Part shown: positions 49,367 through 62,423 of the stretch, piece after piece
Layout of the letters: the number at the start of each line of letters is the position of its first letter
How positions within the stretch are numbered: position 1 is the stretch's first letter
Assembly: GCF_000143415.4 (NCBI RefSeq)
Contig: NW_003314265.1
Coordinates: 1,125,410-1,189,409 of the forward strand
Source: Selaginella moellendorffii
Lineage: Eukaryota > Plantae > Lycopodiophyta
Length of the DNA: 64,000 bases
Direction of reading: 5' to 3'
The notes under the pieces: generated by a model
Told to the model about the DNA's origin: nothing
Databases searched by the model: none
Seen by the model: only the letters and a program-made list of their open reading frames with translations
Program-made: the position numbers and the translations under genes

Positions 49367-51189
49367 CTAGGCAGTCCATAGCATCTCCTCCTCGAGTGGG
49401 ATCGCCACATCCATCCTCATGTAAGCTTTCCACCGCGGCGGCGCCTCGGCCCCGGCCTGGACACACATCTCCACGATCGCGGGTGCCTGGCCGTAGTACC
49501 GGATGAGCTCCTTGGACAGCCTCGGGTGGTGATTTGCCGGGACGTGCCACACGAAGTTTGGGGGGAAGACGTCGCTCAGCGCGGCCTCCTGCCAGGCATG
49601 GCCGCCGCCCCTGTATGCCCGCCCCAGGCCCCCGCAGAGCAGGACTTTGTGAGGCTTGACACCGATGTGAACCTCGGAGCAGTAGCCGCAAGCCCACACC
49701 TTGTACTTGTAGAGCAGCGCTTGCAATCCCCGGCGGACGCTGTCGAATGCCACCAGCGTCCTGTCCGCCACCGCCTTGAGCTCTCGCTTCTCGGCGTCCT
49801 CTCGGCCCTCTCCTTGCTCCACCTCTAAATCGCCCAGCTCCTCCTCCGCGAGCCTCAGCTCAAATTTGCGTGGTCTGTCCCTGCTGTCTTCTTCTTCTTC
49901 GTTTGGAACTTCGTCCAGCCCCATCTCCTCCAGCTTCTCGCCAGGAGCTTGGCAGCCTCCAGTGTCTTCGATCGGAGGAGCTTCGCTTTCCTGGATTCCT
50001 GTAAGTTCTTTGATCTGAGGAGCTTTGCTTTCCTGCATTCCTGTGAGTTCTTTGACCCGAGGAGCTTCGCTTTCCTGGATTCCTGTAAGTTCTTCGATCT
50101 GAGGAACTTTGTTTTCCTGGATTGCTCCGGGTTCTTCCCTGGCTTCGTCCGCTTCGGTCTTGGATTCCACCACTGGAGACCCGCTCTCGTCGTCGTCATC
50201 GTCGCTGGTGTCACTCGACGACGAGTAGCCCGGGATGATCTTGTTCCGGAAGCGAGTGAGAGGGATCTGGGCCTGGCCGTCCCCGACCTGTCTTCCAGAC
50301 CTTCGAGCCCACCTGATCATCGGGTACCTGGGATCGTCAACACCCGCCTGCATGCAAAGCTCGTGAATTGCGCCTACTCTCGGGACTGTGTACCTTTGGC
50401 TGTGCTTGATAGAGCGTCCTATCTTGTTGTAGACGTGGTAAGCCTCTAGCGGGATGATCACGTCTTCAACGTACCCCCTGATCCACCGGTGCTGTCCATA
50501 GATTGCTCGGTTGCTCGTGCCTCTGCAAGTCGGGAGCTTGTGACCGACTTTTCCTACGTAGATCTCCATACAGCAACTGTAACGCCAGGAATTCCCATTA
50601 GAACACGAAAGCTGATAAATAGAATGATGAGGGAGAAGACATGACAACCATTCCAAAGCTAGGAAAAAAAAAGAGGACAAGAGAAGAATCAAAAGCAATA
50701 GAACAAGAGGAAACGAAAAAAAAAAAAAAAAACCGAAGAAGATGAGAAACTTACGTGCAAGCTTTCACTGTGACGGATTTCATGAGCCTCTTGACACCTT
50801 CCTCGAGCACAGCATACTCCTTGAGAACGTCGTGAGCGAGAGGTATGAGATCCTCCACAAGCATTCCATTGAGCGGGGCTTTCCACAGCCGCCTCACACC
50901 AAGCCTCTTGTCTCGCCTGTGCTCCCATATCACCAGAGGAAGGGGCTTGTAGTAAGGCTTCTTCTTCGGCGGTACCAGAGGTGGTAGCTCCCTGTTCTGT
51001 GGAAACTCACGCGTTTCCTCTCGACCTTGCGGATGAAAATCGCGACACAAGCGCAACCAGAAGCTCGAGTTCTTCCTGTCAATCTGGAGAAAATGGCAGA
51101 TATTTCATAGCACATCTAGCTACATTCTCACAGAAATTCTCAAAAACTGCTAGCGCGCTTACCCGCAGCCCCTGCGCTCGCCACAGCAT
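49367..51189 (-). CDS. APO: APO-domain RNA-binding protein (organellar intron splicing)
   Basis: Exons 51189-51163, 51083-50755 and 50576-49367. Two APO motifs: CTCCMEIYVG..GH...HRW...ELCMQAG and CGYCSEVHIG..PH...HAW...EMCVQAG. Confidence 0.9.
49955..50122 (-). repeat. 42-bp coding minisatellite (4 x 14 aa) in the APO linker
   Basis: IQENKVPQIEELTG / IQESEAPRVKELTG / MQESKAPQIKELTG / IQESEAPPIEDTGG. Confidence 0.9.
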
Positions 51190-51262
51190 TCTCCTCCCGC
51201 ATAAACCCTACAGCTTTGTTCTTTATTGTGGATCAATTATCGAATATACTTTAGGGTTCTTG
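51190..51262. promoter_or_regulatory. 73-bp bidirectional promoter with two opposed telo-boxes
   Basis: Lies between divergent ATGs at 51189 (-) and 51263 (+). aaacccta is at 51203-51210 and ttagggtt at 51251-51258. Confidence 0.6.
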
Positions 51263-53416
51263 ATGGCGGAGCGTTGCCTCCTGGGCGTTCTCAAGGAGCT
51301 TCTTCGATCGAGGTGAGCTTTCTTTCTGGTGGATGGGAATGCAAGTGATCGCTCCAGGAATGCGACAGGAGCGGTGAAATCTGCCGAGATTATCGGTTTG
51401 CTGGCGCTGCAATCCGAGAGCCTAAATCGCGACGTTGCGAGCTGCGTCGAGCTGCTCAGCTCGCTTGTTCCGCTCATTGCTAGCGACGATTCCAGTGTGT
51501 CTGGTGCCGCGATCGATGCCGTCGCCGATCTGGGAATCACTGCGGCTGCTCGACGAGCATTGCAAGAATGCGGTGTGATGGACTACTTCTTGTAAGATTT
51601 CTCGTTTCAATGCTTCCGCTTTAGATCGATGGAAGAGGTTTTTATTCCGTCGTCTTGACAGGAGCTTGTTCATTTCCCTTGCAGATTCTTTGAGCTCGGC
51701 ATGGAACTGTGATATCGAAGAACACTTTGGAGATGCTCTTCGTGTAGCCGACTCTTTGCTCCAGGAACACTACGAGGTGACCATCCAACGGGTTCCAAGA
51801 GAGATAGCTTGCACGTCGTATTCGAAGCTGAGAAGAGTCTGGAAGGATATCTTGGAAGGAGATGGTGGATCGACGTCTACGAGACATCTCCTTGCGAAGC
51901 TTCTCGCATTGCTCGGATTGGAGCTTGAGTTGCCAGTTTCCAAAAACCTCGGCAGGCATACTTTTCTGGAGAACAGTCAGGAGTTCTTTGAGAAAGGCTG
52001 GGAGAGGTCTCCGGCAGTGATTACAAATGGAACAGGCAGAGTATTCGAGGCTCTTCGGAAGGATTTTCCAGCTCAGGATTCGTCAGAGCTTCTCAGAACT
52101 TTGGTTGGAGCTTCCATTTCATGTCCTCCGGCCAGCAGCGACGAACTCGATCCTTGCCAGCTTTTCAAAGAGATACATGACGACCTGGGAAGGCCTTTGA
52201 TTTATCAGCAGGACATTCGACTCGTCAAATGCACCACTGGTGATTGCGTGGAGCAGCACTACTTTTCTAGAAACGGTGAAGGACAGGTTGTCCGTGTGGA
52301 AGACTGTATCAAGGCCTTCGAGCTCGGTTACACTGTGGCTGTGAGAGGTATTGAGTTTCGCTCAAAGGTGGTTGCGGAACTTGCTCAGAGCTTGGGCTTC
52401 CAACTTGGTCAAGCCAGCATTGGAGCAAATCTTTACTTGACGCCGTCAAATGCTCAAGGCCTGGGTCGTCACTACGATGATCACTGCGTCTTTGTCGTGC
52501 AACTTGCTGGAAAAAAGAGGTGGAGCATTAATCCGGCTGCTACCGTCGTGCTTCCTCGACTATATGCGCCTAGACTTGTGCCTGAGGCTGAGGTCCAGAG
52601 TCGTGAGCTAGCAGACACACTGTTGACGGAAGGAAGCGTGTTATACATTCCGAGAGGTTTCGCTCATCGAGCTAGCACTTCAGAAGATGGCAACACCTCT
52701 AAAAGTCCAGGTCGTGGAAAGAGAAAGCAATGCACTTTGGAGACGACGACGGGGAATTGTCCTACGACGACATCGAAGTTCTCCTTGCATCTCACTTTTG
52801 GCGTTGAAGTGGAGCTTCCATTTGAGTGAGTCTGGTTGAACTTTTTCATGAAATCTTTCCTCCTGACTTTGCAACATACAGATGGCAAGGATTCATTCAC
52901 ATCGCTTTGCATTTATGGTTTCTTCGAGAGAATCCACCTCAAAGTCGGGACAGCAGGTTGTGTAAAACACTTTTACATTTCACAGTGTGGTCAATGGCGG
53001 ACAATGCTGTAAAAGAGCTTCGAAAGGCGTGCTCAGTCGCTATGCCCGCCACATACAACAAGTCGCATGCGACGTTCAAGGAACTGATTAAGAAGATAGC
53101 TTCGCATGCCGAAGAGTCTGAAAGAGCTATCAACGGAGAAGAGTGCGCTGCTGGCTTGAGTTGGCTGGGTCATCTCCCGGGGACACAAAGTCTTGAAACG
53201 GACTTCAAACTTGCGATCAACTCTACCATAAAAGAACACAGGTTCCCGGAGATGTACGTGACAGCCAGAGCCAATTTTGTGGAGAGGGCCCTGTACGACG
53301 ACGCAGTCTTCTCCGAAGCTCGTGAAAGCTTTGCGGTCCTGCTGGAGAGATACAGGACAAGCCGCCGGAAGCTCATCAACGCAATGCTGGCACTCCATGA
53401 TATTTCCAAAGACTAA
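51263..53416 (+). CDS. JmjC / cupin-4 2-oxoglutarate oxygenase (NO66/MINA53 RIOX-like) with a helical N-terminal extension
   Basis: GANLYLTP...GLGRHYDDHCVFVVQLAGKKRW and LYIPRGFAH give the H-x-D...H triad; SLHLT also present. Spliced; the exact 5' exons are less certain. Confidence 0.85.
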
Positions 53417-53508
53417 AGGTACTTGTATTTCACTTTGCTTTATTTTGGAGCTAATAGAATGTGTATACAGCCGAAGCAGTCCAAGCAGTAACAACGTGGA
53501 ACACGGAT

Positions 53509-54590
53509 CTAGCGACGGCACGAGAAGCCTTTGTTGTCCGTCCCACAGGTCACTGCAGGGAAGGAAAACTTCGAGCTTTCAACTGCAGCCACGCCGAACC
53601 TCGACACAGGGCAGTCGGCATTCAGGAGGCCAGACGTGAGATACTCCTTGTAGCCTCCCATGATCGGCATTGGCAAGCTGGAGTTCACTCGGCTCTTGTA
53701 ACCGGGCGCGTAAGTCTGCCCGAGAACTCCAGCAACATTGCCGGACAGCTTGTGGAACTCGAAGCTGACATCGAGATGTGCAAAGCAGTTGTCCGGGGTG
53801 ATCCCGTAGTGGTGAACTTTGGAGTCGGCTTGAGTCACAGGTACAACTCTAGCCTTGAGTGTGAAGCTGTCTCTAACTTGGACGGAGATGTCGTTGTACA
53901 GGTTGAGCCTTTCGATTCGTAGCCCGACGAGTGGCTCACTCCAGACGGCCCCTTCGCCAGAGGGGAGAGTTACCGCGCTGCCATCGAGCTGGAGCTCGAG
54001 TTGATCGACGGAGTCGTCCCAAGTTGCAACGTTCTTGGCACCGAGCTTGAGCTGGTGGTCTCCGAACAGGATTCCCAGCGACTGCACCCACGTAAAGTCG
54101 CGCTTGAGGCCCGGGCCGCTCTTGGACTTTCCGATGAAGTGGGCGTTTACGTGGAGATTGGCGTCGGAGACAATGCAGAAGTCCTGGTCCCTCTTGCCGT
54201 GGAAGTAGAAGACGCTTCCATCGCCACCGACGAAGCGGGGGTCCTGGCAGACCGATCCTGGCCTGTTACACCTCCGGACATCTGCGAGACAAGGCGCAAA
54301 GAAGAAGAAGCCACGATCAAAGTCGATTCTTCGTGAAGGTACTTCCCTCTCTTTTTTTCGTTCCAAGGAAGCTGGAAACTTTGATACTTACCGCAGCTAG
54401 TGGAGCAAGCGTTGCAATTGACGCTGCATTGATTGGGACACCTCCTGGGACAGGGAAGGACGAGATCGAAGCACCAGCGGTTCGGGTTTGCAGTGCAAAC
54501 TACTTGGGCGGCCTGCGCTCCTGGCAAGAGCTGGATCACAGCGGCGAGGCAGCAGGCTCCAAAGACCAGAAGGAACTTCGCAAGCTCCAT
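53509..54590 (-). CDS. Root cap / LEA-related secreted Cys-rich protein
   Basis: Signal peptide, CPRRCP..C...C..C, CQDPRFVGGDG.VFYFHG, RDFTWVQSLG, GVLGQTY. Exons 54590-54392 and 54281-53509. Confidence 0.93.
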
Positions 54591-55012
54591 CGCCAGAAGC
54601 AAAGCTAGGAAGAAGAAGCAAAGAACGAACGAAGCGTCTCTTGCCGCGAGACTTTGCTTGGCTGCTGGCCCAGATTTATATTAAGCACTCGCATTACGCG
54701 AAAATCAGGGATTAAACAAGGCGAGCAACTTGACGTAATGCCACATGATGGCGAAAAATCTTCACTAGCTTAAACACCACTCATACAAGCTGGCTAACAC
54801 AGCTAGAATATTCTACCCCACGCAACGCATATTCTCGAGAAGCCCTAAACCTAGAGTTAGACACGTCATTTCATCTAGTGGACACTACTTGGACACGTCA
54901 GAAACCCTCCTTTTCTTCACCGCCAGTATTAAAACGAAGGGGCCCGGAAGAAAACGCAAGGGCAAGATTTTTGTTTTCCTCTCTCCATTCTTCTCCGCGC
55001 TTTAGATCCTCC

Positions 55013-55252
55013 ATGGCAGGGAAGAAATCGCGATCGCTGGCGACGGTAGCAGCTGCGGCCGCGGTGGGCAACGCCGCTGCCCCAATCGTGTTTGCGGAGG
55101 CACCGGTGGTGGGCGTTGGCCACGAAGAGAGCGCCCAATGCGCTCGTCCGCGACAGGAGGGAGCTCCGGGTCAAAAGCAAGCGTTCGAGGCGCCCATGGC
55201 GGAGCAATTGGTGCTACATTTCTTCAATTTCATACCCGGCGCAAGGTTCTAG
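55013..55252 (+). CDS. Orphan 79-aa ORF
   Basis: Good start context (tccATGG), GC-rich coding-like composition, and two gACACGTCA boxes plus telo-like motifs upstream. No family recognised. Confidence 0.35.
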   Translation: MAGKKSRSLATVAAAAAVGNAAAPIVFAEAPVVGVGHEESAQCARPRQEGAPGQKQAFEAPMAEQLVLHFFNFIPGARF

Positions 55253-56904
55253 GTATTGTAGAGTAGAGCTCGTTCTTTTCCCTTTTTTGTGCTCTCGAGG
55301 GAAGATTGTTGCTGGCGGTGCTTGGAAAGTTCGCTTTCGTTGATCCGGCAGCGAAGATTGTAAAACTAGCCGGCAATTCCGGCATAGCTATGACTCAGCA
55401 GCAATACAAAGGCGAATCGTTTGAGAAAAAAGTTTTTGAGAGAAGAGAAGTTGGAATGATTTAGAATCCCGTTAGTCTCTGGCGTGCCAATGAACTTTCC
55501 GCGAGAAGACGAGTTCCAGAAAGAGGAAAAAACACAAGGAGAGAGATGCCTTGTTTCACACAAAACTTACGTTTGTCGCTTGACTAGATCCGGGCTTGCG
55601 TCGCGGCAAATTTTCCGAGACTCGAGTGTTCGTGTGTGTGAGAGAGAGAGCACGTGTCATAATGTTATTGGTCCACGTGTGATTGCACACAGAAATATCC
55701 ATTCCTTGCTTCATGCCCATGGCAATGGCCCATGCCATTTGAGGAGACTCATTCATCCTATGCATTCAAGATAGCTGAACATGTTCTTGCCGCTTGGTGA
55801 TTAAATTGCACACCATTTCTCTACTCTATAGCACACCACCTTCTTTAGCATGGTGTTCTTGACAAGAAATGTGTACTGCCCTAGAAGGGTGCAATGAATA
55901 AATTTGTCACTCCAAGCCACTTGGCATGGAATATCTGATATATCAACTTAGCAATGCTTCCAGGATCTCTCACTGCCATAACTTAGTTGCTTTCTCCTTG
56001 CTAGTAGCAACCTCACAATATGAAACAAGTGCATGCATGTGACCTAGCCTCATAGTGCACTACAGATACTGACACAAGATCTCCAAACACACTCACTCCA
56101 AAGTACTTAAAACATTGATAAAAGCACACTTGCTATTCAAACAAAAGAACCCACATCCACAAAATGAATGTGAGCACATTCCAATCTAAGTCACACTCAA
56201 GGTGCTTGTAACATAGAGCACACTCAAAAAAATGTTGTTAAACACAAAATCTCCAAAGGGGTGGGGTGAGATTTGGCTTAACCCTCATTTTGCTCTTATT
56301 CTTTAGCTCCAAGATTTTAGAGATCTCAAAATCTTTTACACGTATTACATAAATCCATTACAAGAATCTCTTAATACTTTCTCTAGATAAAAATCTTCCC
56401 AATCTTGACTTTTCGTCCATCCCCAAAGGCATAATCTAAGTGAGTAGGGCTGATTTGATCAACCTGTGGCCTAGTTCGAAATCTAATTGCCTAAGTGGGA
56501 CATGGGTGAATTATTGTGAGATCCTAATAAAGGATTTCATGTTTTGCCAATATCTCCTACAAAATTGTGATCTTTCACATATCTAGAGTATTGAAGGATC
56601 AACAAGATCCATACCTCCATTTAAAAACCACCTAGGCTATAGAAAGTATACTCCATCATAGTCGTGAATGAGCCTATATGGAGGTGGCAACTTACTCACT
56701 TCTCCCTCCTCACATTCAACTCTCCTCCCTTGGGTTGCATGTGATGATTCTTTGCTCACCTTCTTTTTGCCCCAAAATCTTGGAATAGTTTTAAAGCTTT
56801 ACCAACCTTTATGTCGTTTGATGACAAAGGCCACCCTCCCCATCTTCAGCTCTCAATACTTCTTTTTATTGTGAGATTCTGGTACATGGATCTTTTTGCC
56901 AATA

Positions 56905-58573
56905 TGTGAGATACAAAATCCCTAGGCCCCAAAGTGGAGCCAATGCCACATGGTAGTGGCTGAAGCGAAAGCCAAACGAGCGTAACACGTTTGGACTAAA
57001 AGCCCCGACTTGAAAGGTTGAGAGCGGGAGTGGAACTCCCAATGAAGTGCTTGAGGAACAAGCACGAAGCAAGAAGGACACAAGAGGACCAACACATGAT
57101 ATGTGGAGGAGTCCGAGATGGACCCAAGATGGAGTCTGAGATGGACCTGAGATGGAGTCTGAGATGGACCTGAGATGGAGTCCGATATGGACCCAAGATG
57201 GAGTTCGAGATGGACCCGAGATGGAGTCCGAGATGGACCCGAGATGGAGTCTGAGATGGACCCGAGATGGAGTCCGATATGGACCCAAGATGGAGTCTGA
57301 GATGGAGTCTAAAATGGACTGGAGATGGACCCAAGATGGAGTCCGAGATGGAGTTCGAGATGGACCCGAGTGGAGTCCAAGATGGAGTCCGAGATGGACT
57401 CGAGAGGGAGTTTGAGATGGAGTCCGAGATGGACCCGAGATGGAGTTCGAGATGGAGTCCGAGATGGAACTAAGACCAAGACTGACCGAGTCCGAGTCCG
57501 AAACTAGGACTAAGACCGAGTCCAAGTCTGAATACTAATATAGGCTATTAGGTGAAAGCCCAAAGCGATCATCCCCCGGGAAGCGGGGGGGGTGCTGCTA
57601 CTACTGCTGCAGAGGGTTCCAAAAGTATAGTAGGGACAATGTGGGGGTTGGACCCTAGTAGAGCTAGTTTGGCCAGGAAAGGCCAATTTGGCCCAGGAAG
57701 GCCATACCTAGCTATTGGGTGATGAGATGACCACTGGGAAGTCCAAGGCTAAAGTGAATATGGACTAACAAGTGGGGTAACTTAGTGAAGTGTTCAAGAG
57801 CCAACTCTAGTTCCCTCGGAAGATCGAATGGTCGATGCTCCCAGTCCAAGTGTGGGTGGCACTACCTACTTGGATACCTGGCATGGCTCAACAGAACCTC
57901 GCTCTCTAAGCCCATGGCTAGAGCACCCAAAAGCGGAAGGTGGGGAGAGTACCCACGAGGCTCGCATAAGGCCATGGTGTTTCGAAATGTTGTCTTAAAG
58001 TCCCAGACTGTGAAAAGGAAGAGGAAAAATCCTCTGGGGTAGAGACCAAGGATACAATCATATAAGGAGGAAGTCTTAGAGGATCATGGGACTTAGTGGA
58101 CGGGCCTGTGGACCTTGATCCAGTGGCAATGTTGGTGAACTCAGCCATGGACAAAAAGGGACTTGGTGGGGACCAGAAAGGGGATATTGGGGAAGGTTAT
58201 TCCCCATGCCTGCAGGCATCCTAAGGATGATAAAGAGTGGATCTAGGATGATCACTCATGGATGGATAACCCAGTTTTTGAGAGACAGAATTGTGATGCA
58301 GATGGTGTTAGACCATTGGTGTGACCAACGTGAAGGGGCATGGCTTTAGCGTAACAAGTTGATATGTCAGTGGTACCTTGGGATGTCGGTCATGGGATCG
58401 GACACGTGGAGCACTTGGGCCAAGTGCAAAGTTTGAGTGGCAAGGATGCCATTCTCGGGGCTAGCAAGCCCAAGTCTGGAATAGGACTTATGGAGGTTGT
58501 GAGTGAGACTCCGACAAGTGGTTGGAGGTGTGGTTAAGTAACTAAAGTAGAATGGAAAAATTAGTTGTTTACA
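56905..58573. mobile_element. LTR (probably solo), ~1.67 kb
   Basis: Starts TGTGAG, ends TTTACA and is colinear with 60644-62423. No clean target-site duplication. Confidence 0.7.
57108..57530. repeat. 11/12-bp minisatellite (GAGATGGAGTCC / GAGATGGACCC) inside the LTR
   Basis: About 30 interleaved units that decay into 6-bp ccgagt/gactga units. Confidence 0.95.
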
Positions 58574-60643
58574 ATTTGGTATCGGAATTGTTCCTTAGTC
58601 CAACTTTTATTGGTGCTCAAGTAATCACCCATGGTGTTGGCATCATAAGGTCTTAGGAGTGGGCCTATCTTTGGGGAGTAGCAAGTTGGGAAGACATGGC
58701 TCTCCACTACAGTCTATGTATGAACTTATAGACGAGGTGGTGGATAGAAAAGGGCCAATAATGGAATAACTTTGGGATCTTGGGAACAATATAAAGGTTT
58801 CCTCAAAGAGTTGAGGATGTGATTAAGATGAGTGTTTGACTTAGCAAACTGCCTAATGTAGTTGTGGTAAACAACTATAGTTGGGATCACGGGAAAAATA
58901 GAGACTCCAAAGCAATAAAGAAGTCACAAGATTATCTTTATATAGTTGAGGTTGGTGCTCATGAATGTGAGACCAAAATTAATGACCGTAGGAGGTCAAA
59001 TACAAAAAAAGACACAAGTCCTTGAAATGGTAGTTGGGGCTATCTTAAATAAATGCTGGAACAACCCAAGGAGTTGAGGGTGTACTTAGAGGATGAGTTG
59101 GTATTCTTATCACATAAACAAGTAGTCATAAGGGGCAAAAGTTGCCCTTAGAGAACAAAATCAAGTGTTGGAGTAACACTTGCAAAGATGGTCTTTGTGA
59201 GTAAGACACGAATACAAGAAGTTGTATTCCAGCAAGCTAACACTTCAAAATGGGACCTTATGGGTTTGTGGAGCCGATGGTGTGGAGATATTGAATGTGC
59301 CAAAGGCATGATGCCTAGAGGTCAAGTTGGAACCCCTTCCTAGAGGAATCCTAATAGAAATGGGAATGACATAGTCTAAGTTGGAAGGCATGCGGTTGGA
59401 GTGTGGTGACCCAAATAATGATGGAGGTGTGGAAGCATTAGCAATGAGTTGTAAGACTTGACAACTATGAGGCAACTAAGCAAACTGTGCAAAATAATTA
59501 GTTAAATTGGTAGAAGGTAACTACCCAAAGATTTCTTAATAGCATAAGGAAGTTAAATATACCCTTATGGAGAATAAATTGCTTATGTTATAATATAGTA
59601 AGTCAATGTCATAAAAGGGAATGTTCATTGTCAAAGAAGTCATCATTGGGACACCCAAACACTCTAGAACACCAGGAGGTAGTGTTTGGTGTCGCAAGGG
59701 CAATAGATAATGCCCAAGGGACTAAGTCCCTAGCGGATGATGGATAAAAGGTGTTATCCAAATATCAATGGTTGCAGAGACAGAAGAAGACCATTTACCT
59801 GAATTGGACAAAGTAAAAAATGGGACTTTGGCAAGGCTAATGATAGGTATATAAAGGTCTATAAGTAGCAACATTAATCCTGGTGTGTGGGATTATAAAG
59901 TGAGCATACCCGAATTGAGGAACCATTCCTTATGCTATCGGGTAAGTTCATCCTTAAGAATACTTGCCAAGGCATGGTAGAAAGTGCAAAGCTATCCTCT
60001 TAGTCGGGAGGCGAATAACCGAAGGAAATATGTGATGGCTAAAAGCAAGTAGTAAGGGGATAGAATCAAATAATAAAAATCGAAGAGCATAACTAAGGGT
60101 GGTTATGTTAGTTGGGAGTGGAGAATCAAGTGGGCGCTCAAGCATGTAGCTACTAGCAACTGTGGTGCTATGAAGAGTATAAAGCATGGAATTGTCCATG
60201 TTAGACTATATAGCAATTAAAAAGCTTGTGAAAGGAAAGGCCTTAACAAGCTAAGAGACAGAGTCCTTCAAGATCCCAAAGACAATTCTAGATAACTTAA
60301 TACCTTGAAACCCAAATGTAAATAGTTCATAGAATGCATGAAATCAAAGTGGCATAGCAGAAGTGTGGTCTTATAGTTTGCCATAAGGCAATGTTATCAA
60401 AGTTGGGGAAGTAGTTGCCAAGTGTTCAAAAAGATGACTTTGAAAGAAAGTCAATGGTCAAGGACTTTCACACTTATGCATGAAACCATATTACATTAAT
60501 CGGATGACTTGCTAAGCAAGATTGGCAAGTCAAGGGAACAAATCCCCTAGTTGAAGGTGCTAACTTCAAAAAGGGTGGCCCATGGGGCCAAGCATGGAAG
60601 AGTCTATGCATGATCATAGACTTGTCAAGTGAGAGGATTTGGC
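58574..60643 (-). mobile_element. Decayed L1-type LINE, RT core and C-terminal part
   Basis: Frameshifted relics: ILSLD-K.YD..W, MG.PF, F(A)DNIAL and GFKVL. They continue the RT from the far side of the solo LTR. Confidence 0.5.
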
Positions 60644-62423
60644 TGTGAGACACAAAATACCTAGGCCCCAAAGTGGAGCCGAAAGGGTGCCATGTGGTAA
60701 TGGCCGAAGCGAAAGCCAAACGAGCGTAACACGTTTGGACTAAAAACTCCAACTTGAAAGGTCAAGAGCAGGAGTGGAACTCCCAATAACATGCTCGAGG
60801 AACAAGCACGAAGCAAGCAATAGGTGAGTCTTTAGGAAAGGGACACAAGAGGACCAACACATGACACGTGGAGGAGTCTGAGATGGACCGAGATGGAGTC
60901 TGAGATGGACCCGAGATGGAGTCTGAGATGGACCCGAGATGGAGTCTGAGATGGAGTCTGAGATGGACCCGAGATGGACCCGAGATGGAGCCCGAGATGG
61001 AGCCCGAGATGGAGTCCGAGATGGAGTCCAAGATGGACCGAGATGGAGTCCAAGATGGACCGAGATGGAGTCCGAGATGGACCCGAGATGGAGTCAGAGA
61101 TGGAGTCCGAGATGGACCTGAGATGGACCCGAGATGGAGTCCGAGATGGACCCGAGATGGAGTCCGAGATGGACCCGAGATGGAGTCTAAGATGGAGTTC
61201 GAGATGGAATCTGAGATGGAGTCTGAGAAGGACCCGAGATGGAGTCCGAGATGGAGTCCAAGATGGAATCTGAGATAGAGTCCAAGAAGGACCCAAGATG
61301 GAGTCCGAAGTCGAGATCGAGACTGAGACTGGGACCAAGACCGAGACTGATACTGAGACCAGGACCGAGATCGAGGCCGAAGCTGAGACCAAGCCCAAGT
61401 CCGAGTCCGAGTCTAAGTTTGAGTCTAAAGGGGTAAAAGCCCAAAGCATTCATCTCCCAAACCTTGGGGGGTTTGGTGAGCTCCAAAAGTATAGTAGGGG
61501 GAGGACTCCAGTGGAGCCAGTTTGGCCAGGAAAGGCTAGTTTGTCCCAGGAAGGCTGTACCCAGGTGTTGGGTGATGGGATAACCATTGGGAAGTCCAAG
61601 ATTAAAGTGAATACGGACTGACAAGCAAGTTAGCTTGGTGAAGTGTTCAAGAGCTGGCTCTAGTTACCCTGGGAAATTGAATGGTCGATACTCCCAGTCC
61701 AAATGTGGGTGGCACTACCTACTTGGATACCTGGCGTGGCTCAATGGAACCTCGCTCTAAGCTTGTGGCTAGAGCACCCAAAGGTGGAAGGCGGGGAGAG
61801 TACCCATGAGGCTCGCGTAGGGCCACAATGTTCTGAAATGTTGTCCCAAAGGCTTAGACTGTGGAAAGGGAGAGGAGTAGTCCTCTGGTGTAGTGATCAA
61901 GGAGACAATCGGGTGGTGAGGAAGTCCCAGAGGACCATGGGACTTAGTGGTTGGGCCTGTGGGCCTTGATCCAATAGCAGTGATGGCGACACGGCCACGG
62001 GCAGAAAGGGATTTGGTGGGGACCAGAAAAGGAATATTGGGGAAGGCTATCCCCCATATCTGAGGGCATCCTAAGGATGCTAAGGAGTGGATCTGGGATG
62101 ATCATTCATGGATGGATGGTCTAGTCCTTGAACTACGGGACTGTGATATAGGTGGTGTTAGACCACCGGTGTGACCAAGGCGAAGGAGCATGGCCTTAGT
62201 GTAACAGGCTGATATATCGGTGGTACTTTGGGGTGTCAGTCATGGGATCAAACACGTGGAGCACTTGTACTAAGTGCAAAGATTGAGTGGCGGGGATGCC
62301 ATTCTTGGGGCTAGCAAGCCCAGGTCCGAAATAGAACTTATGGAGGTTGTGAGTTAGACTCCTCCAAGTGGTTAGAGGTGTAGTTAAGTGACTGAAGTAG
62401 AATGGAAAATTTAGTCATTTACA
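60644..62423. mobile_element. Solo LTR, ~1.78 kb, with 5-bp target-site duplication TTGGC
   Basis: TG...CA termini, TTGGC at 60639-60643 and 62424-62428, and homology to 56905-58573. Confidence 0.85.
60872..61430. repeat. 11/12-bp minisatellite inside the second LTR
   Basis: Same GAGATGGA(GTCC/CCC) units; the array is longer than in LTR 1. Confidence 0.95.

Noticed and set aside
55870-56650. Additional LTR-like segment
   Set aside because: Composition suggests repeat DNA, but no partner, termini or TSD could be identified.
56950-57000. Hammerhead ribozyme or Penelope-like element (ctgaagcgaaa)
   Set aside because: It lacks the CUGANGA core with stem II before GAAA, the second copy reads ccgaag, and the nearby RT relics are L1-like.
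58574-58590. TGGTATCGGA after LTR 1 as a Met primer-binding site of an intact two-LTR element
   Set aside because: LTR 2 has its own TSD on both sides, the two LTRs are visibly diverged, and the intervening DNA carries minus-strand LINE motifs. Not fully excluded.
57108-61430. Minisatellite arrays as CRISPR arrays or as real repetitive proteins (MESEMDPRWS ORFs)
   Set aside because: Units are contiguous 11-12 bp with no unique spacers and no cas genes. The ORFs arise in all frames from stop-poor repeats inside LTRs.
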